Shown: one piece after another, positions 23,024 through 32,151 of the stretch
Numbering within the stretch: position 1 is the stretch's first letter
Layout of the letters: the number at the start of each line of letters is the position of its first letter
Source: Babesia bigemina
Taxonomy: Eukaryota
Assembly (NCBI RefSeq): GCF_000981445.1
Contig: NC_027216.1
Location: 2,232,001-2,296,000, forward strand
Direction of reading: 5' to 3'
DNA: 64,000 nucleotides
Program-made: the position numbers and the translations under genes
The notes under the pieces: generated by a model
Told to the model about the DNA's origin: nothing
The model's input: only the letters and a program-made list of their open reading frames with translations
Database searches by the model: none

Positions 23024-24869
23024 ATGAATCTATACCTCCCAACGCTGCCATGACATGAATATCCAATCTCACAGCATGTGGCAAGGCGCATGCTGATAAT
23101 CAAGTGGCACGTCCATCCCAGTAGCCCAGAGTCTCCCCTCCAGGCGTATAAGCAGAGACTTACCAATCGGCAACGTACTTTCACAAGTTGTCAATGTCTA
23201 TTGCTAGCTCTGATGCGGGGTGCTACGTTAACTCAACCTCCACTTCCTTTTGGAACACTCAAGAATTGATGCTAACCTTAAATAATTCACGGTACGAGAT
23301 TTCAACCTGAAAACGCCGTTATCCGCATAACTACACGTTGCATACCAGCTCTGCTTCAATTCATCCAGCTGCTTCCATCCCCTCCAGACAGGGGCGCCTT
23401 GTCATCGGTGAGAGGCATGTTACTTCTCCCCATCTTGCACCAGCTCCACCTTCTCTCGACCGGTGAACGTCATGGCATTGGTAGTTGCATCTAGTACCCC
23501 CTTTAAGAGGCTGAGTCTGCTTCGTGACCGGGTACCGGTAACTCCGGCTTGCGGATCACTAGTACGCCTGTCCCCAAGTCCATAGCTTGTCCTCGCCCCT
23601 CCTCGTCGCGGCTGGATTTCTCCTATATGACGGCGTGTGTCCATTCGACGAACTTCGTTCCGTAGTATGTCGTAGTGATCCTCTCCCTCCGGGCTAATGC
23701 GGGGATCGTTCCTTGGCCTTGGCTGTGTGGTGGCCCCGTTGTCCGGCCTCCCGCTTTCTTTCCACACTTAGGGCCATATCCACTCCTTCGGGGGGGGTCT
23801 GCAGTAACTCGTGCTTTCGACGCCTATATTAAAATTGCGTTTACCTTGTTGTTCTCTATTGCTTTTTATGTTGGCTCTGATCGAGTTGACGTATTCGTCC
23901 ACCTGGGGCCACCGTAGCACGTTCAATTGGGCCGAGTCCAGAGGCATATGGCAGATAGGAACATGACATTGCTTGTGTCTAGTATGCTCTGATTATGTCT
24001 TATGAATCGCCAAATATGGTACCTAATAAGTCGTGGATAATACCACTCCGTACTGACACCGGGTCAACTGTTGCGGCAATGGGGAAAGTGGCGTAACAGC
24101 GACATAATGCGGCGCCATTCCCAGTCATGTGCCCTATGATTAGGTGAAACATTGCGCCACTTAAACTGATGGTTGCCCCTGTTGTTAAACTAGTCAATGA
24201 GAATTGATGAGTGGCTTAGGCCGACCAATGTACCCAATATACATGACACGAAGCCATTGGGTGAGTTAATTAAACGTCGCATAAATACACCGGTAGCAGT
24301 ATACGGTATCTGAACCATGAGTCATTTGTTATCTAATAATGATATTATTCGCAAACCGAGGCAACTATTTTTGGTGCAATTCACCCCCCCCCCAGCCGAA
24401 ACCCTTATGCACTTCAATCAGCAACTTGGACGCCAATCAAAGAAACAAGCCAGAATTGCATTTTAATCTTATGATATGCACACGGATATATTTAGGATGA
24501 ATGTGCTCATTGATCACGGAGGACCTGACTAAGGCGGTGTGACAGGGTGGGTGGTGGGCGTTGTGCGTGGCGGCCCATCTTGCCGTCTCACGACTGATGT
24601 CCTGGGTTAAGGAGCGGCCTATCTACTGCGCTGAAAGACAGTATTATCGAACGATTAAATCTGTTAATAGGCTACGGCTTGGGTACTGATGGTCTAGGTG
24701 GTGGCTGACGCCAGGGCAAGCCGATGGGGTGGCTACTGGGTGACACGGTAACGGGGAGTTTGTCGTAAGCATGGTGGTTAGTAGTGATGTCGCTTGATAC
24801 CCCGTGGTGTACAGAGGCAGTTCTTAACGCACAAACATCATGGTACTTGGAGGCTGTGACAGAGTGGCG

Positions 24870-25090
24870 TTGTCTGATGGACGGCATTGTAACTGCGCAA
24901 CTGGTGCTGGTTGACCTGCATGCCACAGGTGGATACAATTCACATGCGCCAACTCGGTAATATTTTGGTGGCGTTATCTGCATCTTAGCGATGTAACAAG
25001 CGGTGCACTGGATGGCGGTGACCCGGTTGGTTGGCGCCCAGATGGGATACGGCAGTGTACTTGGCTGAAATACGTAGTTCATGGTTGCAC
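24870..25090 (+). promoter_or_regulatory. Diverged duplicated upstream region shared with ~26230-26465
   Basis: ggttgacctgcatgccac occurs at ~24909 and ~26283, followed in both places by ggatggcg..gatggga.acgg..tggctga..gttcatg. Confidence 0.6.
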
Positions 25091-25114
25091 GTTGAGGGGA
25101 GTACCACGGGGAAG

Positions 25115-25471
25115 ATGACGGAAGAGACGTGTGAGTGTCACAAGGAAAGTGGTGGGAAGTGTGCTGAATCAAGTTGTAAGTGCTGCGCCGGTTGTTGCCC
25201 TAAATGTATGGATGGTAGTTGTTCAGAGTGCAAGGGCCGCAGAGCTGGAGACAACAAATGCGATCCTTCGACATGTCCGCGATGCAAAAGTAAGTGGTTC
25301 TGTGAATGTACGTGTTGTCCGAAGAAACATGTATGGATTTGTATGTCTCTGTTAATCTTCATCACTTTCTTTTTCTCGTGTTACCATTTCGGTCTGCTAA
25401 ACACAACTTATCAAAAGTTGTCCAATATCCTCCCAACATCACGACGGAGCTCCTACAGTGGACTCTCATAG
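25115..25471 (+). CDS. Cys/Lys-rich single-TM protein (118 aa)
   Basis: MTEETCECHKESGGKCAESSCKCCAGCCPKC..., TM VWICMSLLIFITFFFSCYHF, tail ending PTSRRSSYSGLS; start context ggggaagATG. Confidence 0.75.
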   Translation: MTEETCECHKESGGKCAESSCKCCAGCCPKCMDGSCSECKGRRAGDNKCDPSTCPRCKSKWFCECTCCPKKHVWICMSLLIFITFFFSCYHFGLLNTTYQKLSNILPTSRRSSYSGLS

Positions 25472-26469
25472 GTTCACATAGAACACGTAACTATTTCATA
25501 CTCCACGTTAAATCACTCGCAATCCTAACACGCACGCTTTTAATATATTTCTAATTAACTTTATGTATTTGGATACTCGATCTCCGCCACATCAAATCGC
25601 ATTTGCACTCACCTTCCTCACACCGCATCGCCGCTCAATCACTACTCGCCGCCGCACGTGTCAACCAACTGGATAGGGTGTTTTATCTGCTGCCGTGATC
25701 ATACTCACAGTTTTCATTTGTATTATCGCTCACCTAACAAGTCACCTAAGAACCCACCACGTAATGTCTTGCATTATTCAACGGGTAACCTGAAAGGTGA
25801 TTGGTTTTTTGAATAAGTGATTATGTAGCACCTAACCAAAGTGCTGATTAAGCTTCTAAGCAAAGGGCTGACCGGGCACCAAAACCTTAACTCGGTCAAT
25901 GCGTTGTTACATTGGTAACTCAGTAAGTTGAGTTGTGAGACGTGTCTGCGTCATCTCACCGTGAAGCTAGGTGATTGGTCACCAAGCTAGGCAGCTGGTA
26001 AGTGCTGTGCTACATGAGTCATTATGTAGTTGCTGTGTTACTAGTTGCCACGACCGCATTGTGAGTCGCTGGGCAATGGATGGATCCCGGACTCTGATGT
26101 GATGGCCAATGGACGGCGTGGTTACGTGACACTGATGGCATCGGTATAGATGAGAAACGTGTTAATTGCGTACTACATCTCTTTTAGGCACTCATAATGA
26201 CACAAATGTGATGTAACTGATAAGGTGCTGTGGCCGCGTTGTATGGTCTGTGATGATTGAGGTCGACTGCTTATTTGGCACAGGTTGACCTGCATGCCAC
26301 GGGCAGGATGGTATCAACATGCTTTAGCTTGGTTGTACTTCAGTTGTGATAGCTGCATAGTTGTGATGTGAGTGGCTGTGATTTGGATGGCGTTCATCTG
26401 GCTGCTACCGTGAAGCCGATGGGAGACGGTGAGTTTCCATGGCTGAGGTAAGCGGTTCATGAGTGGTTG

Positions 26470-26830
26470 GTGAGTGCGTTGCTTAGGTGATTGATATGTT
26501 TGCAGGTTGAGGGCACAGGGAGGGGAAGTTGTACCTGTTGCAGTTGGTGAGTGCGTTGCTTAGGTGATTGATATGTTTGTAGATTGAGGGGACTGGGAGC
26601 GGCAGTGGTACGTGTTGCAGTTGTGAGTGCGTTGGTTGAGTGATTGATGTTTGCAGGTTGAGAGGAGTGGGAGCGGCAGTGGTAGTGTTGCAGTTGGTGA
26701 GTGCTGTTTGAGTGATTGATGTTTGCAGGTTGAGGGGACTGGGATAGGCAGTGGTAGTGTTGCAGTTGGTGAGTGCGTTGCCTAGGTGATTGATATGTTT
26801 GCAGGTTGAGGGGACTGGGAGGGAGAGGGG
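26470..26830 (+). repeat. Tandem array of five ~72-77 bp units, each an intron-like plus exon-like segment
   Basis: GTGAGT...TGATTGAT..TTTG(C/T)AG at 26470-26505, 26547-26582, 26623-26656, 26697-26728 and 26769-26804, separated by ~40 nt G-rich spacers. Confidence 0.9.
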
Positions 26831-26833
26831 AAG

Positions 26834-27397
26834 ATGACGAGAGGGAGGTATATAAGAGGAGGCGCTCCATGTGGTGAGTGTGATTATGGATGTGTAACCT
26901 TTAGTTTTTGTAATTGCTGTCGCTGGTGTTGCAAACCATGTAATAAGGACGGCTTTGACAGTTGCTACGGATGTGCGCTTCATTTCCAAAATCACCGAAC
27001 AAGCAAGTTCTGCCATCCTCAGGGATGTGCTAAAAGAACAAAGCCGTGTACAGACAGCGGTTGTGGATGTGAATGTTGTGTTAAGGAACGTAAACATCAA
27101 CCTGCCGACTCCTCCCATTCTCCCACCGATGCACAGTCTTCCCATACGTCCCTTGGTTCTGATTCTCTTCCCGGTCTTGCCGGCGCTCGGACCGGTGGTC
27201 TCGATTCCCACGGTGAAGATCTGTCTACCACTTCCACACTTTCCCCCCCTAACCCTCAAGCCATCGCCGCCGTCATCGTTGCCATCATCGTCGCCATCAT
27301 CCTGCTCGACCTGTGCATCTTCCGCTTTCCGGTGGGCCGCAACATCCGCGATTTCCTCGTACGCAAGATACCCTTCTGCATCGCGTTCTACAGCTGA
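26834..27397 (+). CDS. Cys-rich, Ser/Pro linker, C-terminal TM protein (187 aa), Babesia lineage-specific family
   Basis: CNCCRWCCKPC...CGCECCVKE domain, TM AIAAVIVAIIVAIILLDLCIF; the Cys spacing is shared with 36650..37102. Confidence 0.8.
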   Translation: MTRGRYIRGGAPCGECDYGCVTFSFCNCCRWCCKPCNKDGFDSCYGCALHFQNHRTSKFCHPQGCAKRTKPCTDSGCGCECCVKERKHQPADSSHSPTDAQSSHTSLGSDSLPGLAGARTGGLDSHGEDLSTTSTLSPPNPQAIAAVIVAIIVAIILLDLCIFRFPVGRNIRDFLVRKIPFCIAFYS

Positions 27398-27507
27398 ACT
27401 TAGCGATTTGGTGGCGCAAACATCGTAATCCAAATTCCACTGATCACCTAACTGGCAACTGACATCTAATGTGCTAGACAGTAATGATTGCGTTGATGAT
27501 CAATCGC

Positions 27508-27642
27508 ATGAGCAGCGAGGTGACCATAACTGCCGCCCCTTACATCATCGTCCCCGTCGCCCTCATCATCCTCGTCATCTGCCTCATGGTCTACTTCCGC
27601 ATCCGGCCGTTCCACAGGGTGAGGTATCTACTGCGCAGCTAA
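27508..27642 (+). CDS. 44-aa TM-only micro-ORF or gene fragment
   Basis: MSSEVTITAAPYIIVPVALIILVICLMVYFRIRPFHRVRYLLRS*; closely matches the C-terminus of 36650..37102. Confidence 0.5.
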   Translation: MSSEVTITAAPYIIVPVALIILVICLMVYFRIRPFHRVRYLLRS

Positions 27643-28921
27643 TCACCGTCCACATCGCAGTCATTTATAAAACCCTCACAATTTCAATTAACGTACTCAG
27701 CTCATGAGATTGCCCATCAACAGTACACGGTTGATCTAACAACGTATTATTAAATGTTTCATAATTGTGAATCTGCGGGTACGAATCAATGCGTTGACAT
27801 ATGATGTCGGTACTTAGCGTCTAATGCACGCTGGCGAATTGACGGTACCAAACAAGCTGACCATTCATGCGTTATCATCGTACGATAATGCAGGCTTGAC
27901 ATCCGCTCGTACTTTGTTTTTTAATACGGCGATACCGCTCTTGTGCCTCGCAACCTCACTCAACAGAGGACTGTCAATGTCAGTCAACATCTCGCCTTCC
28001 TTTTACAGATCAACTACCTGAGCAATAGCTTTGTCATATTTTTAACAGTGCCGGCGTCAAAAACCTACTTTTTATCTAATCTATAGAGGCGTCGCACGGC
28101 ACCTCACAGTCCACCGATTGCGTGTTTCACTCCCTGCAGCGAGTGGCTCTCGGGACAGGCCAGGGCAATTATTTGAGTAGCTTGCATACCTGAGTGACAC
28201 GTCTCTGCTATGAGAACTGCGCATAATGAGGCCAATGATAGACGCTCAAATAGCCGTTTGTGAGATTCGAATATATGGCTACAAGGGAGGGATGGATAAC
28301 TGTGAGTCATTCTGTGACCTAACATCAACTAAATACTGTATTAGTGGGAGTGTAACAATGTATGATTAGGCGCACTGATCTGATGCTTTCTCGTGTGTGT
28401 TCAATCTAATTGTCATAAATGCTTACAGGAACAAGTTAATGAGGGGTGTGGACGGGTTAGACTCAGAGGGTATCAAGGGTACGGGAAATTTTTAAAATAA
28501 CTTAGAAATACATCGCATATGACTTATACCAAAATGTAAATTGATGAACGCTAATACTTAGATATGGGACTCCACAGGTACACAGAAGTGCCGTGTTGGC
28601 GGGGTGCTGGTGAGAATGTTAAGGGAAACCACAGGGCCAGCCTATCACCAAGATAGATGCTTGGTGTGCATTGGCACACATTGCAGATATCAAAACATGT
28701 AAACCGCCATGAAAGTGGTGCCAAAAAAGACGTGACCGCGACACCACTTAGTACACCAACGTAAGCCATTTGCGAATATGGATTATCATTGCCACCCATG
28801 CAAGCAAGACTACTTATGAGAAGGCGAGAATGAGATAGCACTACCGTGTGTTGATGCTATTCATGACATAACTACTGCGTTGTGAAAATAACAGCTATTG
28901 CGATATTTAACTCTACGTCTC

Positions 28922-29794
28922 CTACGACAGGCCAGCGTATGCCCTCGGGCGGAAGGCGGGGTAGCGGTCAATGTTAGTCTCATCGGGAACGCTGTCACTG
29001 ACAAGATCGCTCAGTGATCTGCTGGGATGCCTGGGCGAGGTGGGAAATGCGGCGCGTATTTTTGTCATCGTGCTCTGGAACTTCTCGGGAAGCATGAATC
29101 GGAAAATAAGGAATAATAACACAATGATAATTACGGGGATCGCTATGTAGCAGCAGCGTCTGAATTTATCTTGGCCACATAGTGTGCCGCAGTAGGTGCA
29201 TTCGATGATGCAATTACCATCCTTGTCTATCTTTCCACGGGCCCACTTATTGCATATACCGTCGTTACAGTCAACGTGAGTTTCATCGCACTTAATTTTG
29301 CTTTTTGCATTTCGATCAAAAACAGCGCCCTCTTTGTCGTATTTTACGTGGCCTTTGCATTCAGTAGTGTCTGGATGCTTGTCTTTGCATCTGCCGATTA
29401 CGTAGCCGTCACACTTTTCTCCAGAACAATTCCTCGGGTCACACCAGCTACAGCAACTACAAATCACGCCATTACATCGCGTTCCGCAGCTGCAAGTATG
29501 ACATATACATGGTTTCCCACTTTTGCATTTTTCTCGACAGCGTCGGCAATTATCGCTCTTTTCTCCTTTACAGTTGTTATCGCCTTTGCCATAACAATTA
29601 GTAGGACAACCACAGACAGGAGTACAACATTTACATTTCTCATTCGCCTTGCATTTTGCTTTACAGCCCTCACATCCGGTCTCGCAACGCGCCCTGCATT
29701 GCGTACATTTGTAATCATAGCAGGGCCTATCGCCGCCTTTGGTACATCTGTTTCCGTCACATCCACAAGGATTCGTCCCCTTCGTCTCCGCCAT
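28922..29794 (-). CDS. Long Cys/Lys-rich single-TM protein (~290 aa)
   Basis: Dense CxxC/CxC/CC region, TM YIAIPVIIIVLLFLIF, tail with PTS...RAYAGLS. The start is placed at ggggaggATG (29794) by analogy with the paralog start context. Confidence 0.8.
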   Translation of the reverse strand: MAETKGTNPCGCDGNRCTKGGDRPCYDYKCTQCRARCETGCEGCKAKCKANEKCKCCTPVCGCPTNCYGKGDNNCKGEKSDNCRRCREKCKSGKPCICHTCSCGTRCNGVICSCCSWCDPRNCSGEKCDGYVIGRCKDKHPDTTECKGHVKYDKEGAVFDRNAKSKIKCDETHVDCNDGICNKWARGKIDKDGNCIIECTYCGTLCGQDKFRRCCYIAIPVIIIVLLFLIFRFMLPEKFQSTMTKIRAAFPTSPRHPSRSLSDLVSDSVPDETNIDRYPAFRPRAYAGLS

Positions 29795-31690
29795 CCTCCC
29801 CTCCATCATTAACACGCCACCCCGGGCAACAGACTATACATTTTAAGGCTCTGCCATATTTGAAAATCCAAAGTGCACGGAGCATGAGTCCTCACATGCG
29901 TGGAGCTGTGCATCCATCTGCACATGCAAACTTGAACGCAATCCCAGAGCAGTGATACCAAGAGCATACATAGTCATTACTTGCATTGACGAGGCAAGTT
30001 GCCTACATTATGACATAGTCATCGTAGTCAAATATTGTTTTTATAGTTATGTGGGCCGCATCTCATCCGGATCACGTCACAGTACTTCATCACCGTCTAC
30101 TCCACGGCACTACCATGGCAGCATGTGGCAACGCATCTAATCGCATCTACTGTTGAGTTCATTACTATCGCCCTGACATATCCAAATAAGATGCCAGTTA
30201 TTATTTACGTACATATTTTAAAAGCCAGATGTTCCTCGTGCTCCAATCGTCTGAAATGGTGGGCAACGTTCGTAGGTGCCAATGCAACACCTGCGGTGAA
30301 CGATGGCACGTCAGACCTGCGCTGCTGTCAGAGTGATCACACGAAACAGATGACCGCAGTTGTCCACAATGGCTAATTCGTACTTACCGATTACTAAACC
30401 TGTATTCACTTTATTCTTAGTAACCCGCCGTCTCTCGCCAGTGCATCACCAGTTAACGCACACGGCTAAATATAACTGTGGCAGCAACGTTCTGCATTAA
30501 CGCTGTTAGCATCATCTACCTCATTAAGCTCGTGTGACGCACGGAACGGAGGGCGTTGGAAGTTACGATTTTAAGTTTCTACATAACATATCAGGGCACT
30601 GAATATACAGTAGAGGAATAATGCCTATGTAATGGCCGGAGCAGAGTTGGGTTGGGTCTATGCCCTCCCACTCTGCCAAGAATAGTCGGAGTGGCATTAC
30701 AACTAACAACTTCAGTGCTTCTGCGTAATAACTACCCAACGTAATCACGTTCCGTCTGCCAGATATATTTTATTGCGGTACCGAGGGTCGACATCCACCA
30801 ACGGCTACCATCTCCAGGGTTGGTTCGTCATTGCTTGGCGGGATGGCATTGTGTGATCATGGTATAGTAGAGACATGTACATGATGCAAGCAAACATATA
30901 AATGCGCTGCCACATGTAGAGGTCTAAGAGCCTCCTTTTCTATAGCCTCCATTGCGCTCCTAGTCATCATTTTCATTATGATTGACGGATTGTGGATTAT
31001 GCGTCTTAAAGACACACAGAGGATGGTGCTTGAAATAAGAAGTTTGAGAACGGATGCGAAATCTGCGCCTCACGCACCGCCTATCTTTCTGCTCTCGTAT
31101 AGCCTCACCAACCTAGCAAATATTTAGGTTATGGAGATTCACTGAGATGGCATCGTGTTGATCAATTCGTTAGGGTTGGTGACTTAATCTCAAGTCACCA
31201 AGGTGAAACTGATCCGATGGCAATCCGTGCCGTCACCTGATGAGTGATGCACCATGTGATGTGGTGGGCCATCTGTTAGGTTAGCAAGTGGCATGTGAGT
31301 GAGAGGTGCTGTATACTGACGTGATTGGTGGCAGAGTTGTACTGATCGGAAACAACAAAGAAGCGACTTAGGTCAGCTGGTCACATCAGAATGACCAGGG
31401 CTAAACTAAGCAGGTGTTCGGTAGGCTTGGCGCCTTGCGTGGACACTGCATCGTTAGTTGCAGTGTCGTTACATCACAATCGAAATGTATTATTGATGCA
31501 TGCGGAGGGTTTGTTCGTAGAATGTCAGCGTTGTGAGGTCTAGATTTACGGTTGCCCCAGCACGGGGTGGATGGCATGGTAGGGGTGGGAGTATGGGCAT
31601 TCTATACCGTCGGTTGGTTCAAGGTCTTAGTGAGCTGAGGTGCGTCTTTTATTGCTGTGCAGAGTTGTTTGTCGACTGATCTGAGGAAAA

Positions 31691-31888
31691 ATGGGTGGTT
31701 GCTTCTGTGGTAACAAGGAACACAGCGCTATGTGCATCGGCATTAGCATTGCCATCGGCATCGTTGTTTTCCCAGCCCTCCTTGTTTTGGTCCTTTACAT
31801 CATGGGTAAAATTTACAACGTAAGTCTCGGCGAGATATTCGGACAAATACGTGATGGATTCCGTGATTCCAAGCCGAAACTCCAATGA
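31691..31888 (+). CDS. 65-aa single-TM protein, paralog of 22626..22886
   Basis: MGGCFCGNK..., TM ending ALLVLVLYI, tail SLGEIFGQIRDGFRDSKPKLQ versus SLMTVLDQLYDAFAGTKPSLH; shared upstream DNA. Confidence 0.7.
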   Translation: MGGCFCGNKEHSAMCIGISIAIGIVVFPALLVLVLYIMGKIYNVSLGEIFGQIRDGFRDSKPKLQ

Positions 31889-32151
31889 TTTCCTAGCTTC
31901 ACTCAGCTCACATAGCCTTCTTGTAGCCATGTCACATCCGATTTCAATTTGATTATTTGATCCAAAAACTAACACGGTTGTTGTACATCAATTCACCTGC
32001 GTTGCGTTAGACAATCATTGGCCGTACGCGGATGTTATCCCCGCTTCATACTTTTGTAAAGCACCATGACACTGTACGCTATGTGCAAATACATCTAACC
32101 ACCCATGCACCACAATGTATTAATGCAACATGTTACAACTTATGAGGATAA

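Noticed and set aside
23340..23830. GC-richer patch with a 115-aa ORF, a possible transposon or pseudogene relic
   Set aside because: Translated in several frames with no RT, integrase, transposase or ves motif recognised; needs a BLAST search.
23790..24393. G8 and C10 homopolymers in the pair-1 intergenic region
   Set aside because: No counterpart seen in the pair-2 intergenic region and no evidence of function.
26470..26830. CRISPR-like array
   Set aside because: Eukaryotic context, the spacers are copies of each other, and there are no cas genes.
26457..27433. Minus-strand ORFs 26457..26870 and 26483..27433
   Set aside because: Antisense read-through of the tandem repeat and of the 26834 gene.
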